DNA of 64,000 nucleotides from Candidatus Altiarchaeota archaeon (GTDB lineage Archaea > Altiarchaeota > Altiarchaeia > IMC4 > SCGC-AAA252-I15): the NCBI GenBank assembly GCA_043800255.1, contig JAZDNF010000001.1, forward strand, positions 160,001 through 224,000, read 5' to 3'. Below, one piece after another: positions 49,271-58,250 of the stretch. Each line of letters opens with the position of its first letter. The stretch's first letter is position 1. The notes beneath the pieces were generated by a model. It was given only the letters and a program-made list of their open reading frames with translations, made no database searches and was not told the origin of the DNA. Position numbers and translations under genes: made by a program.

Positions 49271-51643
49271 ATGGAATCCAAGACTGCTAGGGCTCTGCTG
49301 ATACTGGCCATACTGTCCACCAGCATCATTCTAAGCATACGATTGTACGGTGCCTACGATTCCCTTGGTGTTAATAGGCGCATCTACCATTGCCTTGACT
49401 TCATCGAGGACGGTGCATTATACGGCGGCCAACCCTATTGTGCTCAGCCTCCTGTCACCTATTTTTTAGCTTATTTTCTGCTGAAATCCTTCGGCGAGGA
49501 TGTCATTCCTATGTTTTTCATAATCTTGAACACAGTTGTAAATGCTATACTCTTCCTAATCCTCCATCGTGTCATCATGAGGGAGACAGGATATGATAAC
49601 TATCCACTGATCTTGTTGTTCTACCTGGCATGGGTTTATGTTATGTCTATCAACAGTCCCGATGCGATGCTGTCAACGTTTTTCCTCTTTCTTGGATTCT
49701 ATACTCTATTCCATTCGAACATCAAGGCCAAGCATTTGCTTTCTGGCATATTCTTCTCAGTTTCCGTGATGTCAAAGCTGATTAGCGCTCCACAGGTTTT
49801 TGTGATACTCCTCTATTACTTGTTGAGAAGTAAAGCAGTTAGGTTGAGTGTGAATCGACTCGGTATCGGATTCTCCTATGATGTTAACGGTTTAAAGGGT
49901 TTGATCAAAATAGTGTTCCCAGTGGCGCTTTCTTTTACAGCGCTTCTAATAGCATACCCCCACTTTCTAGACTATGTTTTTCTATCGCAACTCAAGCAGG
50001 GTCCGCTCTACCCCCACCATGACGTTAGAGATACCCTAAGGTTTCTTGTACCATTCGATGATAAAGGTCTGAGGAGCAACGTTTTCACCTCGGAAATCGC
50101 ACTAGCGTTATCTCTTATTGTTTTCTTAAGGCGTAGGGACATGTACTCCCTGTGCTCTATCATAGGGGTTTCAATATTCCTGTACCGTCAGACTTGGGCT
50201 TTGGGTGAAATATCCTTGTCATACTTTGGCTTACCATCCTACACCTTTTTCATGGTTGTTTTATTCTGGGCGAAGTCGAAGATTAAAAGAGAGTCCCTGG
50301 TTAATGTCATTTTCACGATTATCCTGGCCTTTCTATTGCTTGGCCATGGTTTTCCAACGGTAAACGAGTATCGCTTAGGCTATTATGATGCTCACAGGCA
50401 TGGGTTGCAAGAACTGGTAGAAGAGCCCCTCGAACTGATCCCGCGTCAGGACAATGTTCTAACGGAGCTCAACCCATCCCGGGGGGTGCTTCCAATTGAC
50501 ATGCCTGTTGGCAGGCGCACTCAACTCTGGGACGAGTACTATGATGGATGGTGGGCTCCTATACTCGTCAACTGGGGTCTGGTCGGTGACCTCCGCCTTT
50601 GGAGGCCGGATACCGAGAACCTGACTCCGAGGGAGCGCCGTATCATAAGAGAAATAGATGATAAGAAGTATGATCTCATAGTATACGGTCCTCAGAACTG
50701 GTACCGCATGATCCATCTCCTAAACAATGTCGAGAAGTCAGCTATACGGGATTATTGCAGTGTCCACCTTCCAAACCTGGACTATTTCACCTACGGAGGA
50801 AGGCACCACACTACGTTGAAGTTCAGGAACCAGTCAGACTGCGATTACATGCTCAAGCTGGTTGGAGCATATTATTCCCAGAATTTCGAGGAAATATGCC
50901 GCAGGGACAAGAATGTTGCGAACGACGTGATTAACACAGTCTTGGGCATGAACGGCATCACCCCCTCAGCGAAGTGCCTCTCAGGCGGTAATCTCGTACA
51001 CTCCTACAATTTTTACCTCAACAGGTTCCCGCCCCAGGATATCCTGGTGTTGGTTTCCATCACGCTCCTCATAGTCCTGTTATACTATCCAAGGTTGCGC
51101 AGGTCTGGAGTATTCGACGAGAGGGTGAAACACTTCGTCTACTTCGAGGCTGTCGCAGTCCTCCTAACCATATTCCTGATTGGAGTCTACTACGGGCAGT
51201 CCCCGCTTTCAAAGCCCTGGTATAATGCAAACCCTCTACTAGAGGAGATAAAACCTATGGTTTCGTCTAAACCTTTGATAAAGTTCGACGACTTCGTCTA
51301 CGGCGTCCGGAAGGATGAAGAAGAGGGCACGCCCAAGGTCAGCGAACTCAAGTGGGAGTACTTTTACATGCCGTTATCCTTGAACACAACATCGAATGAA
51401 GTGTTCTTCAACGGTTACTTCGATCTGCAGGATCCTGACGTCATAGTAACGGCGAAAGACTGCGTAACCGAACTGTACGTCAACGAGATGCTGGTCTCGG
51501 AGAATCCTGAATGCACCGCCTGCAGGGACTGCAGCGGCTTCCAGTTGAACCTTAGGAACTACACTAAACCAGGCTGGAATCTAATAGCTGGGAAAATCAC
51601 GAAACAGGGGGATGAAGTATTCTTCCATGTGGAAGCAAACTAA
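49271..51643 (+). CDS. Polytopic membrane protein, GT-C glycosyltransferase-like, with C-terminal extracellular beta domain
   Basis: About 12 TM segments; AQPP early loop motif and SVMSK motif typical of GT-C folds; Cys-containing loops. Confidence 0.55.
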   Translation: MESKTARALLILAILSTSIILSIRLYGAYDSLGVNRRIYHCLDFIEDGALYGGQPYCAQPPVTYFLAYFLLKSFGEDVIPMFFIILNTVVNAILFLILHRVIMRETGYDNYPLILLFYLAWVYVMSINSPDAMLSTFFLFLGFYTLFHSNIKAKHLLSGIFFSVSVMSKLISAPQVFVILLYYLLRSKAVRLSVNRLGIGFSYDVNGLKGLIKIVFPVALSFTALLIAYPHFLDYVFLSQLKQGPLYPHHDVRDTLRFLVPFDDKGLRSNVFTSEIALALSLIVFLRRRDMYSLCSIIGVSIFLYRQTWALGEISLSYFGLPSYTFFMVVLFWAKSKIKRESLVNVIFTIILAFLLLGHGFPTVNEYRLGYYDAHRHGLQELVEEPLELIPRQDNVLTELNPSRGVLPIDMPVGRRTQLWDEYYDGWWAPILVNWGLVGDLRLWRPDTENLTPRERRIIREIDDKKYDLIVYGPQNWYRMIHLLNNVEKSAIRDYCSVHLPNLDYFTYGGRHHTTLKFRNQSDCDYMLKLVGAYYSQNFEEICRRDKNVANDVINTVLGMNGITPSAKCLSGGNLVHSYNFYLNRFPPQDILVLVSITLLIVLLYYPRLRRSGVFDERVKHFVYFEAVAVLLTIFLIGVYYGQSPLSKPWYNANPLLEEIKPMVSSKPLIKFDDFVYGVRKDEEEGTPKVSELKWEYFYMPLSLNTTSNEVFFNGYFDLQDPDVIVTAKDCVTELYVNEMLVSENPECTACRDCSGFQLNLRNYTKPGWNLIAGKITKQGDEVFFHVEAN

Positions 51644-51654
51644 AGAACATCTGT

Positions 51655-51930
51655 TCATCTGTTTTTCAAGCCCCAGGCTGCCATACCAATCGGTATAATA
51701 GCGGCTATCGGGTTTGTCGGAAACAGAGCAATTCCAGCAACTGCTAACCCGCCTATTATAACCGGGTTCTTCAGCGCTTCCCCAACGCTTCCGACACCCC
51801 TATACGTCAGGAGTTCAGGCAGTTTTTGACTTCCGAGCTCCTCCTGAGTCTGCTGTCTTCTGCGACTGGCTTTCATATTATCCCCCGGATTTACTATCTC
51901 AATCTGTGGCGCTCTTTTTTGTCGTTCCAT
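51655..51930 (-). CDS. Small hypothetical membrane protein
   Basis: Hydrophobic C-terminal hairpin; 2 nt from the upstream ORF. Confidence 0.45.
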   Translation of the reverse strand: MERQKRAPQIEIVNPGDNMKASRRRQQTQEELGSQKLPELLTYRGVGSVGEALKNPVIIGGLAVAGIALFPTNPIAAIIPIGMAAWGLKNR

Positions 51931-51932
51931 CC

Positions 51933-52196
51933 CTATTTTTTATGCGATTTAAGATTCCTGCCAAGCGTGTCTTCCAGTATGTTCTGCACCCTCAGGAGCT
52001 TATCCTCAGCTATCTTGTGGAATTCTATTGGAGCGATGCCGAAATTATCCTTCTTTCCGACGAAGACAAGCTTTTCCGCGACCGGCACTCCAAGGATGTC
52101 GGCAAGCTCCTGGTTACCTTCCAAATCCCTGATAACGTCCCTTATCAGGTCAACCCTCGCCGCGAAGTCCACAGTATCCCTCCTAACTTCGCCCAT
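51933..52196 (-). CDS. Hypothetical protein
   Basis: G-rich SD-like sequence upstream; divergent from the tRNA promoter. Confidence 0.45.
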   Translation of the reverse strand: MGEVRRDTVDFAARVDLIRDVIRDLEGNQELADILGVPVAEKLVFVGKKDNFGIAPIEFHKIAEDKLLRVQNILEDTLGRNLKSHKK

Positions 52197-52262
52197 GTTA
52201 GTATACCCCCCTACAACCTTAAATATTTAACCCCTAACCGCCAAAAGATAAAGCCCTTAATC

Positions 52263-52282
52263 GGGCTCGTAGATCAGCCTGG
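52263..52282 (+). repeat. Exact 20-bp duplicate of the tRNA-Ala 5' end
   Basis: GGGCTCGTAGATCAGCCTGG occurs at both 52263 and 52369. Confidence 0.9.
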
Positions 52283-52368
52283 ATAGCAACCGTCACGCCC
52301 GGTTGACGTGCGGGGGCCATCTTCGCCCACGGGCTCGATGACCCGTAATAAACACATAAAAATAAACA

Positions 52369-52490
52369 GGGCTCGTAGATCAGCCTGGTAGATCGCCACC
52401 TTGGCAAGAACCCTTTCTTAAGAAGAAAGCGTTCACGGAAAGAACCTTCCAAAATGGTGGAGGCCTCGGGTTCGAATCCCGACGAGTCCA
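52369..52490 (+). tRNA. tRNA-Ala(GGC) with 48-nt intron at position 37/38 (52407-52454)
   Basis: GGGCTCG/CGAGTCC acceptor stem with G3-U70; CCACC/GGTGG anticodon stem; TTCGAAT T-loop; bulge-helix-bulge with TTGG/CCAA helix. Confidence 0.92.
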
Positions 52491-52492
52491 TT

Positions 52493-52555
52493 CAGCCTTT
52501 AGCAAAGGCTGGCGAAAATGTGCGGCATGCGCTCACTCCATTCGCTTAGCCGCAC
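52493..52555 (+). repeat. tRNA-associated double-hairpin element
   Basis: CAGCCTTT-AGC-AAAGGCTG, then GCGAAAAT, then GTGCGGC...GCCGCAC. Confidence 0.7.
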
Positions 52556-52580
52556 CTGACAATTTATCCTATCAATTTTC

Positions 52581-52654
52581 GGGGCCGTAGGGTAGCTTGG
52601 ATATCCTCCCAGCTTGGGGTGCTGGAAACCCGAGTTCAAATCTCGGCGGCCCCA
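52581..52654 (+). tRNA. tRNA-Pro(GGG)
   Basis: GGGGCCG/CGGCCCC acceptor stem; CCAGC-TTGGGGT-GCTGG anticodon arm; CCGAG-TTCAAAT-CTCGG T-arm. Confidence 0.95.
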
Positions 52655-52655
52655 T

Positions 52656-52716
52656 TGAAACTTTTAACGAAAAGTTTCATCAAAAATGTGCTGGGTTCGC
52701 TTTCGCTCACCAGCGC
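52656..52716 (+). repeat. tRNA-associated double-hairpin element
   Basis: TGAAACTTTT-AACG-AAAAGTTTCA, then TCAAAAAT, then GTGCTGG...CCAGCGC; same layout as the element after tRNA-Ala. Confidence 0.7.
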
Positions 52717-52803
52717 TGAATAAGAGATGGCAGACCTGTGCTGCATTCTGCTTCGCCCCAGCAGCGCAGGCGTATTTTTATTCTAATATTCTTATAATCT
52801 CCT

Positions 52804-53325
52804 ATGCGCGGCAGGCTTGTTTTGGGGTTGATGCTGCTCACAGTTCTCCTCTCCGGGTGTCTTGGAGGCGGAAGCAGCAAGGTCATCACCCGATACCAGT
52901 GTTATGACGGCTCGGTAGTATCCTACCTGAACGAATGCTCTAACCCTTCCAACAGCGGCGGCACGCCGAACACGATAGTCCAGACTACAGTATCCTCATC
53001 AGGCGGCACCCAGACCGTAACCTCCTGCCCGACCACGATACCCTGCAACTGCTTCGGCCAGAAGACCACAACCTCAGTGCCTCCGAAACTGGGCCCAATA
53101 TGCGCTAGCGACGGCGAATGCGGCACACTATCCTACGGTGCAATAAGATGCCAGAGCGGCGACGCCTACAAGGTCAAGAACACCCCCAAATGCGACCTTG
53201 ACAACTACGACGGCCAGATGCACTGCAAAACCCTCTCAGAGCTCGAACTCTACCAGGAGTGCACCGACACCCAGAGATGCGCTAAAGACAAGGGCTGCGT
53301 CGCCTACACAGAAGAAAGCGAATGA
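52804..53325 (+). CDS. Cys-rich lipoprotein
   Basis: Lipobox LLSGC; Thr/Ser-rich linker; Cys-rich C-terminal module. Confidence 0.75.
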   Translation: MRGRLVLGLMLLTVLLSGCLGGGSSKVITRYQCYDGSVVSYLNECSNPSNSGGTPNTIVQTTVSSSGGTQTVTSCPTTIPCNCFGQKTTTSVPPKLGPICASDGECGTLSYGAIRCQSGDAYKVKNTPKCDLDNYDGQMHCKTLSELELYQECTDTQRCAKDKGCVAYTEESE

Positions 53326-53340
53326 CGCCTCTTCTATAAA

Positions 53341-53751
53341 ATGAACATCAAAAAAATCCTCCTGTCTGGAATAGTCTCAGGTTTTGTCGTGGCCGTAATC
53401 TTCTGGGCTGCCAGCCTCGCTGCGCAGGCGATTTTCTCCTACAACGCAGCGAAACTTGACGGCATGCGCGATGTCAAGGACCCGGTGATGCTGCTGTTCT
53501 TCCTGTACCCCTGGATATTGTCGTTTGCGATGACCCTCGTTTATGCAAAAATAAGGCCCACGTTGCAGGGCGGCATCGTGCAAAAAGGCAGAAAATTCGG
53601 CATCCTAGTCTGGGTTGTCGCCGCCGTGCCCTCAGCATTCCTCGTATACGCGAGCATGAACTATCCCCTCGGCTTCACAATAAACTCGTTAATCGGCAGC
53701 CTCTTATACACTGTCGCCGCGGGAATGACCATAGCCAAACTGATAGGATAA
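53341..53751 (+). CDS. Four-TM membrane protein
   Basis: Four hydrophobic helices; KG.KFG motif. Confidence 0.7.
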   Translation: MNIKKILLSGIVSGFVVAVIFWAASLAAQAIFSYNAAKLDGMRDVKDPVMLLFFLYPWILSFAMTLVYAKIRPTLQGGIVQKGRKFGILVWVVAAVPSAFLVYASMNYPLGFTINSLIGSLLYTVAAGMTIAKLIG

Positions 53752-53824
53752 CACAGCAGACCCGGAACACTCCCCCCTAAATTCAACTTTTTATCTAAAA
53801 ATTACTAATATAACCCCTCACCCA

Positions 53825-53870
53825 CAGCCCTTTTCTTTTAGGAAAAGAAAAGCGCTGGCGGAAAAGAAAA
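53825..53870 (+). repeat. Free-standing copy of the hairpin found in the tRNA introns
   Basis: CAGC-c-CTTTTCTTTT-AGG-AAAAGAAAAG-c-GCTG followed by GCGGAAAAG. Confidence 0.75.
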
Positions 53871-53947
53871 ATAAACAGGCTGTCACTAATAATTAAGGGC
53901 TACTAAGCGAATGCAAGTGGCTCATCTGGTGCAGCTTTATCCAAGAT

Positions 53948-54093
53948 GCCTCGGTGGCTCAGACTGGTAGAGCGGCAGACTTGTAAGGACCTTTCTTTCT
54001 TAGGAAGAAAGAAACGTCCACGAAAGAGAGAAGAACTCGTGGACAGGGCCTCACGTTATCTGCACGTCGAGGGTTCAAATCCCTCCCGGGGCT
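53948..54093 (+). tRNA. tRNA-Thr(TGT) with 72-nt intron at position 37/38 (53986-54057)
   Basis: GCCTCGG/CCGGGGC acceptor stem; GCTC/GAGC D-stem; GCAGA/TCTGC anticodon stem; GAGGG-TTCAAAT-CCCTC T-arm; relaxed BHB. Confidence 0.9.
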
Positions 54094-54094
54094 A

Positions 54095-54140
54095 TAGACT
54101 TTTCTTTCTTTCCAAAGAAAACGTTAACGAAAAGAAAGAA
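54095..54140 (+). repeat. Degenerate hairpin copy directly after tRNA-Thr
   Basis: TAGAC-TTTTCTTT...AAAGAAAA-c-GTTA followed by ACGAAAAG. Confidence 0.6.
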
Positions 54141-54183
54141 ACCGCTTTGGGGATACGAAAAACATCCGATAAGAGTTTACCCC

Positions 54184-54921
54184 TCATTTTTCTAGAAGGT
54201 AATATAACTCTGTGTCGGAGTTCTTATAATCTCCCTGGTGCTTATTAATCTCGACTACCTTGAAACCAATATAACTCAAATTTTTTTCTATTTCGGCAGT
54301 TGTGTATGCCCTTACTCTATTGATTTTTCTTTCACGACTTCTAACATCAGCTAAGAAGGATTTGAAATATACTTCGGATAATAAATTCGGAAATTGTATC
54401 AATGCTTTTCCACCTTTTTTCAGAACTCTGAATATCTCCGTGAGTGCAACGAATGAATCTTCTTTATTCATATGTTGGACAACCAGAAATGAGAAAATAA
54501 AATCAAACGTGTTATCACTGAACTCAAGTTCCCGGGCGTCAGCCCTATACACGAAAACATTTTGAAATTTCTTTAGTCTATCTCTGGCGATAGTTATCAT
54601 TTCATCAGAAATGTCCACACAATGAAGTTGCTTGCAGTAAGATGCTAGATAACTATCTATCCTCCCAATCCCGCAGCCAACATCCAATATTATCGCATTT
54701 TTAGGCATAACCGTAAGTAATATGTTATCAACAGTGGATTTGCCGCTTTCTTCAAATTGTTCCTTGGTGTAACCATCGCAAATCGCATTAATAAGATCTT
54801 TTTTGGCAGAATCGTTCCAAACTTCTCGATAAGTACTTCTAAGACTCCTCTTTCTCCGACCCAGCCAAACTATGCATCTATATATTGCATATAAACCTAT
54901 GGCATAGTACCCTATGAACAT
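54184..54921 (-). CDS. Class I SAM-dependent methyltransferase (AT-rich)
   Basis: ILDVGCGIG, VDIS, FDFIFS and RVLKKGG motifs; start codon uncertain. Confidence 0.85.
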   Translation of the reverse strand: MFIGYYAIGLYAIYRCIVWLGRRKRSLRSTYREVWNDSAKKDLINAICDGYTKEQFEESGKSTVDNILLTVMPKNAIILDVGCGIGRIDSYLASYCKQLHCVDISDEMITIARDRLKKFQNVFVYRADARELEFSDNTFDFIFSFLVVQHMNKEDSFVALTEIFRVLKKGGKALIQFPNLLSEVYFKSFLADVRSRERKINRVRAYTTAEIEKNLSYIGFKVVEINKHQGDYKNSDTELYYLLEK

Positions 54922-55160
54922 TTTCTTTTAGTAGTAATTCAAACAATTTACTTCCACACCCTTAAATATACTACTGTCTTTTGGATTTTAATGTAAAATA
55001 ACGATTCGATTAAATGTTAATCTATTCGGTTCTTTAGTATCCTTTCGGCTCACTCGCGCGGCATCCGCAGCCTGTTTCGTCGTAGAATTGTATCATACCT
55101 CCTCTGCACACCCAGTCCGTGGCCGCACACTGAGTCTGGTTCGAGCTAATGTACTCCCTG

Positions 55161-55186
55161 AATCCCCCCCGGGGCTTCAGACTTTT
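55161..55186 (+). repeat. Imperfect duplicate of the tRNA-Thr 3' end and trailer (att-like)
   Basis: AATCCCCCCCGGGGCTTCAGACTTTT versus AATCCCTCCCGGGGCTATAGACTTTT at 54078-54103 (23/26). Confidence 0.7.
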
Positions 55187-55308
55187 TTACCCTGCGGTCT
55201 AGCGTTTTTATTTTGCTGTTAATTGGGTGTTATGGACTAACAGATGTTCGATTCCAGTGGGAGTAGTTTCAATTTGAGATGGATGCTTTTTCCCCTGTTA
55301 ATGCATCC

Positions 55309-56076
55309 TCATTTTTCCATAAATTGCAGGAAGCAACTATATCTTATCAGTCCTTCCAGATGTTTATCCACTATCGGAACGCCGGAGAGATTTCGGTTCA
55401 CCATGATGTTCGCGATCTTATCGCATCTATCCCCCGGTTTAGCCACGTAAGGATTCTCGGTCATTAAGTCTTTAACATCTGTCTTTATGTCAATAGTTCT
55501 TTTTTGTCGAAGGTGTTTGAGTATGTTGATGGGAGTTATAACACCCACAACATCTCCGTCCGAGATAATAATCGAATACTTGTCGTCATATCCCCCCATT
55601 TTCCTAAAGAAAGTCTCTAGTGAGTCGTTAAGTGAAAATGTTGCATAGCGGTATGTCATAAGGTCGCGCGCCTTGTACCTATGCCCATAATGTTTGGCGA
55701 ATATCTTTCCAATCTCTTTTCTTGTTATCACCCCCAATGGCTTGTTATCCAATACTATCGGAATGAATCGGCTACTCCTCTCAAACATCAGATTGACGAT
55801 CTGCTTTAACTCATCATCGGGGTGAGCATAAATAACTTCTTCAGTCATGATATCCGATATTTTAATGTGAACGGACTTGATTTTGCCTTCTTTCAACCAT
55901 TTTATTAAATCAAAGTCAGATACAATACCCTTAAGATTTCCATCATCAACCACTAGAATCCCGTTTGAATTTTTCCCCAGCATTGCGTCTATAGTATCCA
56001 GTACCGTTGCTTCTGGCGTAACAGAGATAATGTCGACCATACGGTCTTTAGCCTTTATCTGCTCCAGGATATTCAT
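55309..56076 (-). CDS. Protein with four CBS domains
   Basis: Repeated GIVS/GVIT/DIMT/DLMT CBS motifs. Confidence 0.85.
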   Translation of the reverse strand: MNILEQIKAKDRMVDIISVTPEATVLDTIDAMLGKNSNGILVVDDGNLKGIVSDFDLIKWLKEGKIKSVHIKISDIMTEEVIYAHPDDELKQIVNLMFERSSRFIPIVLDNKPLGVITRKEIGKIFAKHYGHRYKARDLMTYRYATFSLNDSLETFFRKMGGYDDKYSIIISDGDVVGVITPINILKHLRQKRTIDIKTDVKDLMTENPYVAKPGDRCDKIANIMVNRNLSGVPIVDKHLEGLIRYSCFLQFMEK

Positions 56077-56433
56077 AGAACCGCCCGTAATCTATGAAAG
56101 TCTAACACATATAAGCACCTTGAGCTCCTTCATAGTGCTCACGCTATGTATTGCGTTTTACCTTTAAAATGCCGAATTTTAACCTTTCAGTAACGTATAA
56201 AAGTCGAGACTTCAACGAAGTGCTAGTTTTCCGTGAAAACGTTGGTAGTCGCTCCCTCGGAAGAATAGAGTGGATACTGCAATAAAAAATCAGTCTAATC
56301 AACTGATTTTAGGTCATTATCTTGATCTTTGAAATGATAATCCTAGTAATATAACCGACAACATAGTGTGCCGATCCTATCCCCTACTCTGTTCTGAGTC
56401 CCGCCGTCGGCAAGACAGAATAATATTGATAAA

Positions 56434-56832
56434 TTATCCTCTTTTCTTGATGTTGGGTTTTTGCGCTCTGAGTTTTTTCCTGATTTGGAGCATTGTGCTG
56501 CCGCCTTTCAATGCTGAGCACTTGTGGCAGAGGAGCTGGAGGTTTTCTATGTTGTCTCTGCCTCCGTGGGATACTGGTTTTCTGCGGTCTATTATGAGGT
56601 TCCGGCGGTTGTAGCTTTTCCCGCAGAGACTGCATTTCCTGCCCCTGCGGCAGAGGTGTTCCTTGATCAAGTACACCATCTTGTCCTTGGGCGTGTCCGG
56701 CTCAGCGTTGAGCGCTAGGATGAGGCTCTCATCCAGGGGTTCTATAAACTTGAACTCATGGGCTTTTTTAGCTTCATCATAGTTGGTCATTTTTTCTTTC
56801 ACTGTTACCAGCGGCTTCGCCCGACTATACAT
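56434..56832 (-). CDS. HNH endonuclease family protein
   Basis: CSLCG...IDRRKPVSHGG.DNIENLQLLCHKCS; the catalytic His position (normally DH) reads DR. Confidence 0.75.
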   Translation of the reverse strand: MYSRAKPLVTVKEKMTNYDEAKKAHEFKFIEPLDESLILALNAEPDTPKDKMVYLIKEHLCRRGRKCSLCGKSYNRRNLIIDRRKPVSHGGRDNIENLQLLCHKCSALKGGSTMLQIRKKLRAQKPNIKKRG

Positions 56833-58115
56833 TAGTAACGTCGTCTGTTTTGCGGTCTTCTGCGGATGTTTCTGCCTGATGGATGCTCTCCCGGCCTGCC
56901 CCCATGTTGCCGGGGCTTCTGCACACCCCTCGGAGGACGCCTGGCGCTTCTTCCAGTGGCTGTTTGGGCGATGTGGGAGTGGAACGGGTGATCGTCTACG
57001 ACCTTGATCGGCTGCCGTATGAACCGCTCAATATTCCTCAGGCAGTCGCGCTCCTGCGCCTCACAGAATGATATCGCAGTCCCCTTCTTGCCGATGCGGG
57101 CTGTCCTCCCGATCCTATGGACGTAGCTTTCCGGCTCATCTGGTATCTCATAGTTGATTACGTGTGTTATGTCGTCAACGTCTATGCCCCGCGCCGCGAT
57201 GTCTGTGGCGACGAGCACCGGCGTGCGCCCGGCGCGGAAACTGTTGAGCGCGTGTGTCCTTGCATTCTGGCTCTTGTTCCCATGGATTACTTGGGCGCGA
57301 ATGTTGGCGGCGGAAAGGTTCAATGCGACCCTGTCGGCCGTGTGTTTGGTGCGCGTGAAGATCAGCGTCCTCTTCGCCCCGTATTCGGTTATGACTTTTG
57401 CCAGAAGATGCCTTTTTTTGTCGCGGTCGACGAACATCACCCTCTGATCCACCAGTTCCACAGTCGGCGACTCCGGGTTCACAGACACCTTGACCGGGTT
57501 TGTGAGTATTGCGCCTGCCAATGAGACGATCTCCTGCGCCATTGTCGCCGAGAAGAAGAGCGACTGCCGCTTGCGCGGAAGCGATGCGATAATCTTCCTG
57601 ATATCGCGTATGAATCCCATGTCGAGCATCCTGTCCGCTTCGTCCAGCACGAATATTTCGACGCTGTCAAGCCTTATGTGCCTCTGGTTCATGAGGTCCA
57701 GAAGCCTGCCGGGTGTCGCAATAAGGACGTCGACGCCGCGGTATATCGCAGACACCTGCGGTGTCTGGCCGACGCCGCCGAAGACAATAGCCTGACTCTG
57801 GTGCATATAACGCCCATAAGCCCTGAAACTCTCCCCTATCTGAGCCGCAAGCTCCCTGGTCGGAGTGAGGATCAAAACCCTCGCGCTCCTCGGCGCAGCA
57901 TTTTTCTTAAACGCGGCAAGGCGCTGCATGATAGGCAGCGCAAAAGCCGCGGTCTTGCCTGTCCCAGTCTGCGCCACACCAATCAAATCACGCCCGCGCA
58001 AGATGACAGGAACAGCCTGGACCTGAATAGGAGTAGGCCTATCATAACCCTCATCCTTCAACGCCCGCCGAAGCGGCTCAACAAGCGAAAGAGATTCAAA
58101 AGATTCATCAACCAT
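56832..58115 (-). CDS. DEAD-box RNA helicase, RhlE-like
   Basis: [32 protein letters not shown] and HRIGRT motifs; basic tail; start codon uncertain. Confidence 0.93.
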   Translation of the reverse strand: MVDESFESLSLVEPLRRALKDEGYDRPTPIQVQAVPVILRGRDLIGVAQTGTGKTAAFALPIMQRLAAFKKNAAPRSARVLILTPTRELAAQIGESFRAYGRYMHQSQAIVFGGVGQTPQVSAIYRGVDVLIATPGRLLDLMNQRHIRLDSVEIFVLDEADRMLDMGFIRDIRKIIASLPRKRQSLFFSATMAQEIVSLAGAILTNPVKVSVNPESPTVELVDQRVMFVDRDKKRHLLAKVITEYGAKRTLIFTRTKHTADRVALNLSAANIRAQVIHGNKSQNARTHALNSFRAGRTPVLVATDIAARGIDVDDITHVINYEIPDEPESYVHRIGRTARIGKKGTAISFCEAQERDCLRNIERFIRQPIKVVDDHPFHSHIAQTATGRSARRPPRGVQKPRQHGGRPGEHPSGRNIRRRPQNRRRY

Positions 58116-58250
58116 AAGTCTAAACATAAGGTTTAGGCGCATATATACGACAACCCACAGACGAATGAGGTTATACCTTAGCACTAACTGGCATATACTC
58201 GATACGGCAAAGTTTTTCCTTCAGACCGTTCTTGGGCTTTAACGGAAATT

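Noticed and set aside
53946-54248. 100-aa ORF over tRNA-Thr (and 52234-52491 over tRNA-Ala)
   Set aside because: Shadow ORFs on tRNA genes.
56286-56310. Hairpin AAAATCAGT-CTAATCA-ACTGATTTT sharing its loop heptamer with the tRNA-like gene
   Set aside because: A single 7-nt match in AT-rich DNA can arise by chance; it may be a simple terminator or operator.
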